From: Gekko japonicus
Taxonomy: Eukaryota
Length of the DNA stretch: 64,000 nt
Reading direction: 5' to 3'
Assembly: GCF_001447785.1 (NCBI RefSeq)
Contig: NW_015162497.1
Location: 413,381 to 477,380 of the forward strand
Below are positions 23,795-35,718 of the stretch, one piece after another. Every line of letters starts with the position of its first letter. The first letter of the stretch is position 1. Position numbers and translations under genes: made by a program. The notes under the pieces are model-generated. The model was not told where the DNA came from, searched no databases, and saw nothing but the letters and a program-made list of their open reading frames with translations.

Positions 23795-25338
23795 TTGTGA
23801 AATAATTCTCAGAAACTTAACAGAATTTCCCCCCCCCCTTTAAATGTTCCTTCCCATTCCTTAGGATACAACATTTCTCTTCAGCTAATCAAAGACTTAG
23901 GACCAATCAGGGAAATTTCTTTGGCCAATCACACATGGAGGGGAGGGAAAATTTAAATTATATTGGCCATTTTGTGCTTCATGTGTGCTGCACTGCTCCT
24001 TGTGTCCAGAGAGAGATGCCATGGTTGGGTTAGCAAGACCATGTCCAGAGGGATCCTTACTGTACTGTGTTTCTTAACAAACAAGTTTGATCAATTTATT
24101 ATCATCGCTAGGTAGTCTATCCTCAGCACATGTTCCCTGGTGGAAGGTTAGTAAAGGGTTGGGTGGACATGTTTGATTGCTGTTGGAGGGAGTTCAGGAG
24201 AGGTATTATTTTTGTTGCTTTTGGGTTCTGTGCAGTTTAATATTTGATTTTTTTTTTATCTTCTGCCTTTGCTTTTCTGTGCTTCTGAGAAAGATACTCC
24301 GGAAGTACTACTTTTACACACAATTACTAAGCTTTATTTTTCAAAAAGCCATTCTAGAAAACCAACTGCCATTTTCACACCTTGGACAACAGCATTTCTG
24401 AAAATCCATAACACCTATACACCTTCCCTTTCTTAAATTACAGAATTAAAACAGTGTTATTCCAGTGGATGCCCCACAAATAATACAGATCTAGTCTGCT
24501 ATATCTTCAACAGCCGTATGTTTTGGTAACTCCTCTGAGGGAAGATGTCAAGTTATGCTGAATGCCGAACTGTAGGTCATTGTTATATTATTTCGTGGGA
24601 AGGTTTACTCACGGAAGGTTAGTAGTTAATGTTGTTTCTGACCTTTCATATTTACTGTTGATGCTTCAGCAGATTCTTACAAGGCAATAAATAATCATTG
24701 GGCCTTGTTTGAATAGCTTTCACTGCCTGTTGTTCTTAGCAAGTAATGCTGTAATGATTTCCACAACAAAAGATGAACCATGAAAGCAACATTAAATATA
24801 TTCTGAACAATAGCTTTGTCCTCCCCCCTCCAAAAACCCCTCAGCAGCTCTGCATACCCAGGCTTTTGTGGATATGATAATTCACTGTGAACAAGAACAG
24901 ATGAAAATATAAGTGGACTGTGCCAATGGCCTTGTCTTTTTCCATCTACTGTTTTGTGCTCAATCTGTTCTATAAAGTACTATATATTGAATGTAGGCAA
25001 CAGAAATGGATTGCCAAATCTTTTAGCTTATATCATAATTTATGCGTAGGGTAATTTTCTCAAGCTTTACCATATATGAACTATTAGACTGTTCTCCATC
25101 AAGTTTTTCCTAGTTTTCAATTTTATATGTTCTATCAGTTCCCCCCCCTATGGAAGGTTGAAAAGCACAGTAACCTTATTGCTTCAAACCTGAAATACAA
25201 ATTTAGCTGTGTAAGGACATAACTAGACTTGTCTTTTCTTTGTAAGAATATGAAACTCGGTGCATAGGCTTAGGTCTTGAGGCCTTTCCTTGCATAGGAA
25301 ACGTTCCTTCATAAAAGTTATGATAAATCTTTCATGGT

Positions 25339-25583
25339 ATTGTTACAAGACAAATGTGGACAATCATGACCTAATCAGAGGACAAATCTAAAGAAAACAG
25401 TCGTGAGTGTCTGACCCACAAATCAAGCAGTCAACAAGACTTGCAAAGAAAATGCTTTCCATATATTATGGTCAAAAGCACTACAACACAGTACAATAAA
25501 CAAATTCCTTCAGTCAACAAGTCTTTTTGACTGCTTGATTTGTGGGTCAGACTCTCACGACTGTTTTCTTTACATTTGTCCTC
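25339..25583. mobile_element. Fold-back insertion, probably Penelope-like
   Basis: 66-bp inverted arms 25378-25443 / 25518-25583 (3 mismatches); 14-bp flanking duplication AAATCTTTCAYGGT (25325-25338, 25584-25597). Confidence 0.6.
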
Positions 25584-27023
25584 AAATCTTTCACGGTGCC
25601 ATCTTAAGCAGAGTTACACCCTTCTAACTCTACTAAAATACATTTGGCTTAGAAAGATTTAACCCTGTTCAGAATGACACAGTGAGTTCTGTTGGGAGTT
25701 GTGTTTTATATAAATTATAGCCAGTTTGGAAATTTAGTTTTGTTCACTGGCAACCTTAAAAGTATAAAATGATGTGTTTTGGAAGGGCCAGTCATCCTTT
25801 AATTTGTTTGACTCAGTCCTAAATTCACTGTTGAAAATTAATTATGCCAGTCAAGCCTTGAAACATATTCATGAAGACTCCTTAGATGGCTTTCTAATGT
25901 CAGCCTCTTTGTTAGAGAAGATAATATTGAATGATGGCATACATAACAGTAAAACTCAAAGATTATTTGAGTCATTATCAGGTAAGAGTATAAAACATGA
26001 ATGGTTCCCAAATGGTACCCATATGCAGAAAATTTGCAAAGCTGTTATCTTTTTAGTTTCCACACTTGTAGTGTACTTTCAAACCATTCTATGGACCAAA
26101 CTATTCTAGTCTTACAATTAATAAATAATATTGTCCCATTCCACACCATTCCAGCCTTTATTGCATCATATACAAAAGACAAAAGTTTGGTATATATTGC
26201 TTGGATTTTGTAGTTCAACTTAGTAATAGCTGCTGGTTTTCTGTCTAGAGGGCACATAAGGCTACCCTGTTGCAGAAAGCATTTTTCAATTATTTGGTAT
26301 TCTGTTTGCATTGTTTTATAAGTGGATTGTAGTTGTACTGCTGATTTATGCTGGGTTTTTTTGGTTAATTTAAGGTTATATTTCGAGCCACCCTGAATTC
26401 ATGAAAAGTACAAATATAATTTTTAAAAATTAAATAATATGTAAAGTATTGTCTTTCGCTCTCTAACATGCTATATTACCATACTAACTTAATCTGTGGC
26501 CATTCAGAAGGGTGAATTTAGAAGGAAATAAAAGTAGTCACATTTATAATTCTCAGTTCTATCAAAGAAGTCTGTTTTATAAGGTAAAACTTTGTAAAGT
26601 GCAACCAAAATTTTCATTGAATGAATATGTTAATTAATTGCCTATGGGAGTGAAATGCTACTCTTCCATAGAATGATTTTTTTCCTGTTTGTTTTAAGTA
26701 TGTTGTAGTCTTTTAATATGTAACCATAACTGTTGTTCTTGACTACAATTAGGAACTTTCCCAAAGTCATCAGAGTGATAATGGATTAGAATAGTGATGC
26801 ATTTCTCTTTAATATGGCTGGAATACTGACTTTCTGGTAGGAAAAATTGGTAGGATCTAAAAAGGGTTTTCCCCCCCCCCTTATTTCTGACAAAATTGGG
26901 AAGCAAGATAATTCAGAGTGGATATGAGAGTCAAGGGAATACAAGTAATATTGAAGAAATAATGAGCTATTGATCTCCTAAGGGAACTCTCTGAAAAGCT
27001 CATCTCAAAAGCTATACAGTCCC

Positions 27024-27217
27024 CAGGCTAGCCCAGTCTTGTCAGATCTTGGAAGCTAAGCAGCATTGGTATTAGTAGTAGTTTGATGGGGGACCACCAC
27101 GGAAGTCCAGGGTTGCCATGCAAAGGCAGGCAATGGCAAACCACCTCTGGATGTTTCTTGCCTTGCCCTGTGGGGTTGCTGTAAGTTGGCACCAGTTTGA
27201 TGACACTTTCCACCACC
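27024..27217 (+). mobile_element. 5S-derived SINE flanked by a ~160-bp direct duplication
   Basis: GTCAGATCTTGGAAGCTAAGCAG head, GGCAATGGCAAACCACCTCT tail; flanks 26860-27023 and 27218-27372 align. Confidence 0.8.
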
Positions 27218-28519
27218 AAAGAGGATTTTTTCCCCTGACAAAATCTGGAAGCAAGTTAATGCAGAGTGGCCATGAGAGTTGAGGGAATGCAAGTCATATT
27301 GAGGACATGATGAGTTATTGATCTCCTGGGGGAATCCTCTGAAAAGTTCATCTCAAAAGCTATAAAGTCCCACATACTGCTGAAGGTATCAGACAGATTA
27401 AAGTCTTCTTTCTTGGGCTTGTTCTTTTTCTTTTTCTGTTCTTTTTCCAACATGTGGTGTGTGGAACATTTGAGTTTTGAGATAGAGAAGAGGAAGGAGT
27501 AACAATTTAAATGGCTTATTGACTCTCTTGATGAGAAACTAGAAATAGAAGATAGAATAACCATTATGAAAGCCTACAAAGAAACTTGCTTCCAGTGTGC
27601 TAAAAGACTGTTACTGCATTGAATGTCCTTGGGAGTTTTCCTTTTTCTCCACTGATAACAAAGTCAGACACAAAATCTGTGTAAGATTAACAGCTTCAAG
27701 GAAGTTGTATGTATCATTCCTAGTATAGAGGACACAGGAATCTGTCATCTAGGATTGCCTCTTCTATTTGGTAGCAGACAGAGCTCTTGTAACAATTGCC
27801 TCATATTGGAAAAAGGGTTTCTACATGTCCAGGTTGCCCCTTACTTAGTGATAGAAGGCCTGTTTTGGGGAGTCCCTGGTTAAATTAACTGCCAGTAATC
27901 CATGTAATACCTTTCTCTCCCAGTAGCCTTTGTCAAATTCTTATGCTCTAAATGGGACCCACCTACAATTCATTTTTCTCAGTGATAAAATAATATTTTC
28001 CCTCTTCTCCTCTCCTCAAGGTGTACAAGTAGCATTTTTCTTCCAATGTAAAGATTTGGAAACTGTGACTTCCTAATTTCCTTTACAGAGATGTACAAAA
28101 TAGTAAATTAAACTCTAAAGGCAGGGCATGTAAATGCATCTCCCTCATTTGGGGGAGGAGGAAATAGTACTATTTTATTTTTGAGGAAGAGAATTCCTTG
28201 TGAACAACCAATCAGACATTTCACTAAAGGAAACTATAGATTTTGAAGTTTTGTATGCCAACCAGAGTAACAGTCAATTATGACTGAAAACTGTTACGAG
28301 CTTTGTTTGCTGCAGTTTGGGATGAACCTGCAGGTCCCATATGGCAATGTAAGCATATGCATATAGCTGTCCTAGAAAGAAACTGCTTGTGCATTTTTTT
28401 ATGTAGAACTTGCACAAAAATTAAACAATATGAATTGTCCTATCCTTTCTGCCTGTCTCTTCACAAATCCTTCCAACTGCTGATCAAAAGGTCTCTTGAG
28501 TATCTTTCTTGGAAAAAGC

Positions 28520-28665
28520 TGTGACTCAGTGGTAAAGCATATTCTTTGCATGCAGAGAAAGTTTTGGGTTTGGTACTGGACATTTCCTTTATATGCCTGA
28601 GAGCCTCTGGAAGTTAGAATAAGCAATACTTAGCTAGATGAGCCAGTGTCTCAGTATATCTTCAT
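28520..28665 (+). mobile_element. Squam2-like SINE, degraded
   Basis: CTGTGACTCAGTGGTAAAGCAT...GCAATACTTAGCTAGATG. Confidence 0.6.
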
Positions 28666-30342
28666 AAATTTCTTTTTTGTTCTCCAAATGCAAAGGACCT
28701 TCAGGCAGAGATCTCTGTGATGGCATCTCAGTAGCTTGGCAACCTTGATTTGTGGATGTTGAGAGTCTATAGTGCAATAATCCTGGAGACTTCTGAGGGA
28801 AATTGATTGCATTTTATGTATTTCAAAATAATCTATCCTACTTTTTTACTGCTAAGCAGCACCCAAGGCCTACACTGCAAGTCACACCCAACAGACATGG
28901 CGGTACAATAAAAACAGCTATTTAAAAAATCTTTCCCACACAATAACTGTTGCCTTGCAAACTGATCATTATATATTCCCAAGGGCTATTTCTTTGTTCT
29001 CATTCATATATTCTGCCTAATTTTCTGGAGAATCTATGGCTCCAGTTAGCAAAGTCTGGATATTCACTGACAGTTATCCTACTTTGCTAGATTTTATAGC
29101 AGACTTTTTTTTCTTCTTTGTATGGACTGGCTGGTATTGTGTACAGTTATAAATCCATTCAAGGCAAGCTCTGTTTAAGTTTTTTTCCAGCTCAGTACCA
29201 ATGCACTTTGAGAGTCAATGCCAGCTGTAGTTGCAGTTATATACCCAGTAGGGCTTAGGCCTCTGTCTGAGCTTTACATAACAGACACTTCCTGAAATGG
29301 GTGGCTTTGCCCAATACTCCAGTGGTTCATAGGTTGGAACCTTAATACTGTACTAATGGCACTCTTGGGACTGACCCTGTATCTTTGACTGCTATTCCAC
29401 TAGAGTTCACTTTGAAGCCTCTTAAAAAAAAAAGACACATCCATTTTATTTCTTTATAGCATTTCAGAACTGGAGGTACTCTCTGTCCATAAGTGTGTGT
29501 GCATTTTTCAGGATAGCACAGTTGGATTCAGTCTCAACCCAAACTTTTCACTTAAGTGAAATTATTGATTCAGTGGGAAGCAGAAAGTTATTCTTTCATT
29601 CTAGTTTAAGTTTTTCTCCTCCAAAGGAGAATAACTGACACTGATGAGATGTTAGAAGGCTCCTCGGTTTCATCTTAGAGGGTCCTGAGCATCCAGACAA
29701 AATGAGCCCATTGCTTTCACACAGTTCTTGCTAGGAAAGAAGAGCTCCTGTTTCTAGATAGATTAGGGACACAATTGTCATAGTCTACACATTTGTGTGA
29801 AGAAGCATCAGTGGATGTTACAGTTTATTCACTAAGAGACACAGCAGCATGTATAGAAATATTGATTTCTAAAAGTCTCCTGCCTTCTCCTGTGATGACT
29901 TTCTGATAACAGGCTGTGCCTTATTTCCTGTTGAAAGCCAAATGGTGGGCCAGATGGCCTGAACAACTTTATAACCCACATTCTTCACACTTCCATGCTA
30001 GAAGCTAGACTGTAAGGCTCCACACTAGGCCCCACATGCGAGAAGTCACATACACAATGAAGTAGCTGGAAACTGGGTCACATGACTGCAGGAGGGGCTT
30101 ACAAACTTCTAGCCATTCCTCTGTTGCAGCTATGGCAACCTGAAATTGGCCACACACTCCTGCTGCTCATGATTGGCTGAATGGCCATGGCTAATCATGA
30201 TTAGATTGGGGTATAATTGATCGATCCCTATGGGAGTGAGTTCTCTTGCTCTTGCTCTCTCCCCTGTCATTGTCTGTTTTATTGCACCTGAAATGCTGTC
30301 TCTTGGAAAACAAAGACCTACTTTGTGACTTGGACCACAGGC

Positions 30343-30492
30343 NNNNNNNNNNNNNNNNNNNNNNNNNNNNNNNNNNNNNNNNNNNNNNNNNNNNNNNNNN
30401 NNNNNNNNNNNNNNNNNNNNNNNNNNNNNNNNNNNNNNNNNNNNNNNNNNNNNNNNNNNNNNNNNNNNNNNNNNNNNNNNNNNNNNNNNNNN
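30343..30492. other. Assembly gap
   Basis: N run. Confidence 1.
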
Positions 30493-30694
30493 ACTTGGAT
30501 TCCAAGTCTAAAATCTTGTGCCTAACACTCACCACATACGCTACTTGGATTCCAAGTCTAAAATCTTGTGCCTAACACTCACCACATACGCTACTTGGAT
30601 TCCAAGTCTAAAATCTTGTGCCTAACACTCACCACATACGCTACTTGGATTCCAAGTCTAAAATCTTGTGCCTAACACTCACCACATACGCTAC
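30493..30694. repeat. Perfect tandem repeat, 4 x 50 bp
   Basis: Unit ACTTGGATTCCAAGTCTAAAATCTTGTGCCTAACACTCACCACATACGCT, identical copies, abutting the gap. Confidence 0.95.
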
Positions 30695-31154
30695 CATTGG
30701 AGGGTAAAAAGCATGTATCTCTGGATTGAGTTGCTAATGTGTTCTGTCCCAGATGCCAACTAAGGGTTTGGAATCTCTTCCCTTAGGAAAAGCAGGGACT
30801 AGTGAAAAGAGGTTCTGGTGGCAAATTGTCTGGAAACCAGAGAGGGTATGGACCATCTCATGGTTTGTTGTTTAATGTACTGAAAAGTACAGGATCCCCT
30901 CTCATCCCTGGACTGGCCTGGGTGGGGTAATCCTGTACACAGCATTTGTCCTCTTTCTGAGCACAACCTCTGATTGAAAAGGCCTGAAGGACTGGGTTTT
31001 TATTTACACCCTACAAAGCATTACCATTTTTAGAAATGGCTCTCTGCAGAGTGAGCTTTTGGCAGAAGAGGTCCTGAAACCAAGAACTGCCAAGTACTGG
31101 TTAACTCCTGCCCCATTTGATTCATCCCTGTTTACAGACCTGCCTGAAGTTACA

Positions 31155-31335
31155 TGGTGGTGGAGGAAAGTGCCATCAGGTCACAGCTGACTTGTTTTCA
31201 AGGCAAGAGATGTTCAGAGGTGGTTTGCCATTTCCTGCCTCAGTATCATGACCCTGATATTCCTTGGAGGTCTCCTTTCCAAATACTAACCAGGGCCAAC
31301 CCTGCTTGGCTTCCAAGATCTGAGCTATCCAGGGT
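31155..31335 (-). mobile_element. 5S-derived SINE
   Basis: Reverse complement of the 5180 and 27024 elements (GAGGTGGTTTGCCAT...CCCTGCTTGGCTTCCAAGATCTGA). Confidence 0.75.
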
Positions 31336-31819
31336 GTCAAGTTACATAAATGTCTAAAATAATGGACAGTGTTTAAATTGAAACAAATTTCAGCATTTAG
31401 TTTACACTGTACTTCTGAACTCCCATAATACTGTCACTAAGCAGGGTTGTGGGAGAGACCCAGAGAGACAGATGTGCATTCAAGTTATCCTTAGAGTGTC
31501 CAATTCAGGAAATGTTTTACAGTGTTTCTACTTCCCAAACTGTTCTTTAAACTTCTCCGAGTTAAAAAAAAAAAAAAAGAAAAGAAAGGGGAAAAAACCC
31601 AGAAACTACTGTTTAATAACTTGGCATAAACTCTTTGGAGGATGACAGTGGAATATGTGAGCCAGTAGATTTCTTCCTTCTGAAAACAAACAAACAAATA
31701 AATAAACAACTTGTGTATTTAGGAGGCCAGCTGGGCTGGGAGACGGAACCTAGGAGAGAGCTGCTGGGAAGGCGTTTTTTGCCTTTCCTAAACTGCTGAA
31801 TTCCTGGGGAGCATTAACT

Positions 31820-32140
31820 GAAGTAAGCAGTGAAGTGGCTAAGTTTGCAGATGACACTTCAGTTGTTCAGGACAGTGAGAACCATGGAGGGCTATGAGGC
31901 GCTCCAGAGGGATTTCCCTTTGTCTCCTGGTGCCCTCCCCTGTCCTTAGGACCACAAATAGAACAGTATGTCTGGGGCAGTGATGCTTTGTATTCTTGGT
32001 GCTTGGGTGGCAATAGTGGGAGGGCTTCTGGAGTTTTGGCCCTGCTGATGGCACCTGGGTTTTGGCCACGGTATATGGCACAGAGCTTTGGATTGAATGG
32101 GTCAATAGCCTGAGCTGACACAGCTTCTCATGTTCTTATG
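31820..32140 (+). mobile_element. Internally deleted CR1 fragment
   Basis: SSEVAKFADDT (RT catalytic motif) joined to a CR1 3'UTR ending TTCTCATGTTCTTATG. Confidence 0.8.
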
Positions 32141-32627
32141 AAGATGGAAGCGCAACTCAATTGGCTGTGTTAGAATATGCACACATGAAAATCCAATTAT
32201 GCTGTCCACATGGATAGGAAGGAATATAATAAACCAGTGTGCTGAACACTGTTCAAAGTATCAAAACACCTGTCAAAATCAAGTCCCCATTTGCAAACAG
32301 TGAATAGGATGTGAACCCAATAGGCAGGATTGTTTGAGCATCCTTAGTGTATATCCATATCAGAAATTTCATGTGTGTTTCTCCTCTGTGTGCCTATCCA
32401 CTCTGTATGTATTTGTGAGAAATCAAGTAAGAGGCTGTCCTGTGTATGTGGGTCGTGAATATGAGACATCAGGCAATAGGCAGAGGAATGAAATGTTTCC
32501 TCCTCCATTCTTTCCAATTTTTTGCAGGTTCCCAGTTACATTCTACTGCCTTGTTGTAGATTACTGCCAGTGGGCTATCCTCTTGTAGCATTGTTTTTGG
32601 GTATCCCTTCCCTCTTCTCTTTTGTAG

Positions 32628-32782
32628 AAACTAAAAATAATTAAATATCACAATTTGTGACCTACAAACCCAACACAGAGACCATCTGCCACATCCTGTG
32701 GCCTCCCAGGAGCTTCACAACCCTCTTGTTTCAAAAGCCTCAAGCACAAACAAACAACAACAGGAGATTTATTGAGCTCCTG
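32628..32782 (+). other. Candidate non-coding or UTR exon
   Basis: Strong acceptor (CCCTTCCCTCTTCTCTTTTGTAG) and donor (CTG|GTGAGT); no convincing ORF. Confidence 0.35.
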
Positions 32783-34300
32783 GTGAGTATCTGGTGGGCT
32801 GAGTTTGGTTCAAAGGGTCTCAGACTGAGATGGTATGAACTACATGTTTTATCAGGGCTGCGTGGTTGGTATTTTGTAAGTATCTTTTATTATATTTTTG
32901 TATCACTCTACTTCTTTCCACAATAAAGTAATTGTTTAATTTAACTTTGGTGACATTCTCCGGCGTCAATGCATATTTTCAGAATTTTCAAAGAAGCTCT
33001 TTCATATTTTGTAGTTGATGCATACTGTTTTTCAGAGTTCAGTTAACATGGGATCTTGTCCAAAGTAGACTAAAGTCATTTGTAGAATAGTGGAAGTCAG
33101 TTGGATTGTGGCTGTACTTGACTGACAGGATATCGTTAAAATACACTGTTGTAGTTCAGCATTGTTTCACAAACTATAAACATAGTATCTGTGTACTTAC
33201 TAGAAAAAGTTGGCCATGTATGCCTGGAATATGCATATTATTTCTCAAAATTAGATACAAGTATGTGCTTTGTGGAATATTCACAATGATATGTCTTTGA
33301 AAGCGATAGCAATAATAATGGCATTAATAAACTGCACCTATATTTAGTACCATTTGTCCACAAACACCAAATTGCTTTTTAAATATTAACTAAGCTTCAG
33401 CACACCCCTGTGGAGTAGGTAATTATCATTGCTATAACCATTTTGCATATGAGATGAAAATAGATGAATGGTCTTGCATTTTACAAACAGGAAATGAGGC
33501 ATGCTGTCTTTTGTAAGTGTGCATGGGTTTCTTTTTAATGTGTTACACTGACCTCTGAAGATTGCACATTTCAAAGCCTAACATCATAGGTGGATATAAA
33601 ACTGACTATTTTACACATAACGTTTTCTGTTATAGTTGGTTAAGAGACAAAGACTGTGATTCAGAGAGGCCATGTAGGACACGTGTGCATTCTGTGGGGT
33701 AGTGTGTGTGTGCTTTGGTTTTTTTCATTACAGAAGCCTGACACCACCACTCCCAGCCAGGCAGGTGCCACATCATAAGATGATTTTAAATGAAACTAAT
33801 TTTCAGAAATGGCTTGAGATGCACTGTGACTGTTGTGCATTACATTATTAAAGTTGATGTGAAAGATGGCTTATTAACACTGCATTATCTCACTGTTTTA
33901 TATGCTGCTTTGGGAGTGGGTGTAGTTTCTCCTAATATTGCAATTGCACTCATTCAAAAAAAAAAAAAAAACCTGCATCTGCTGTGTGTTCTAATATAAA
34001 GTGTTTTATGCTATTTATTCCAATTTCCTACCCCCTATCAGTTACATTTCTGAAAATCAAGAAATTCTGGTTGCAATATTGCTCAGTCTAATAACAAATT
34101 TTCTCCTTTCTGATAAAATTATACCTCTTTTTTTCCCCAAGCAGTGGTATCTAGAAACTTGGTTTGGAAATAAAAGGAAAGTTGTTTAGAGTGCCACTGT
34201 CTATTTGCAGTAACAGGGGAGTTCTATTGATCAGCTCTTTGGTTAAATTATAGTGATATTTATTAAGACATAGTAGTTAGAGTTAGAATGCTTCAAGCGA

Positions 34301-34677
34301 CTATATATTGTATTGCTCTCCAGTGTATTTCCAAGCATTACTATGGAGGACTGGATGCAAACTACAATATAATATACATTTACTTTTTAGTTATATAATT
34401 TTGTAACAAAATGAAATAATTATGTAAACTAGGAATTCTGCAAATTGGCCCTAAGATTATGGTCTACTGCTGCATTTTGCTTATATTGTATATACTATAT
34501 ATTTTATTGCGCTCCAGCGTATTTCCAAGCATTACTATGGAGGACTGGATGCAAAATGCAATATAATATACATTTAGTTTTTAGTTATATAATTTCATAA
34601 CAAAATGAAATAATTATGTAAAGCAGGAATTCTACAAATTGGCCCTAAGATTATGGTCTACTGCTACATTTTGCTTA
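34301..34677. repeat. Tandem duplication, 2 units, period 194 bp
   Basis: CTATATATT.TATTGC.CTCCAG.GTATTTCCAAGCATTACTATGGAGG at 34301 and 34495; high identity throughout. Confidence 0.9.
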
Positions 34678-34914
34678 GCTGCCACTGGGCGATGGAAAAA
34701 AATGTCTGGAGATGGAGACAGTTGGATTCTACAGGCACAGGAAGTATTCTTTCTGTAGTATAACCTGGTTGTTGAAACAAACACTTAACCCCATGCGGCT
34801 TCAGTTTCTCAGCTGTCCTTGCATGTGGCAGCCTGAAATGCTGTGCCCCCCTCTGCCTAGTAACAGTGTTACCACAATCCGCCTAAATACATGAACATAC
34901 TTTTAGACAGACAC

Positions 34915-35409
34915 AGTTTCGTCAGTATTGTGAGTATTTCGGCCAGCCGAATGTCAATTTCAGCCCCATTATATCCTATGGGCCCCTGAAGTCAATAGCG
35001 AAAACATGGGTATATTCTGGGGGCTGGAGGGTAGGGGGCTTGAGGGAGAGACTCCAAATTCGCAGGTTAGCTGCTGGATCCGCTCCCCAAGATACCCAGC
35101 AAGTTTCAAGAGCATTGGACCAGAGGGTCCAATTCTACGGACCCCCAAACAGGTTGCCCCTATCCCCTCCATTTTTCTCTGTGGTGGGGAAAATAGTTAT
35201 TTTTTCCCACCATAGAGAACTATACCCTATGTTTTCGCCATTGACTTCAGGGGCCCATAGGATATATTGGGGCTGAATTGCCGCTGAAATTCCGCGGCAA
35301 GCCAATTCAGATCAGAGAATCTGAATCGGCCTGCAGCAGCCCGAAAGGGGTCCGGATGGGCCATTTTCGGGGGTGAATTTGGTTCAGATCAACTGAATGC
35401 ACATCCCTA
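34915..35409. mobile_element. MITE with long internal inverted repeats
   Basis: About 56-bp arms 34959-35014 / 35221-35277; ends TGCACATCCCTA; CpG-rich; left terminus not recognised. Confidence 0.65.
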
Positions 35410-35433
35410 CCCACTAGAATTCCTTTTGCTGTG

Positions 35434-35580
35434 AACATAAGAACATAAGAGAAGCCAATGCTGGATCAAGCCAATGGCCCATCTAGTCCAACTCTCTGTC
35501 ACACAGTGGCCAAAAATACCAGGTGCCATCAGGAGGTCCAGCAGTGGGGCCAGGACATTAGAAGCCCCCTCGGCAAGCAC
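35434..35580 (-). mobile_element. CR1 3' end
   Basis: (AACATAAG)2 tail plus 3'UTR. Confidence 0.75.
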
Positions 35581-35718
35581 ATATGAGAGTGGGAATATCT
35601 TTGTGTATCCTGGGCTCAAATGATGTATAACTATAGAGTGCTGTGGAACTAGTTTAGAGAAGCAGTGGAAACCAGTGAGGCTCCATTTGAGTACATTGAC
35701 TCAAGGATACACATCATA

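Noticed and set aside
29815-30342. Plus-strand solo LTR (CCAAT-like and TATA-like words)
   Set aside because: The left boundary is unclear and the right end falls in the gap.
30493-30694. CRISPR-like array (palindromic repeat)
   Set aside because: Units are fully identical with no variable spacers, there are no cas genes, and the context is eukaryotic.
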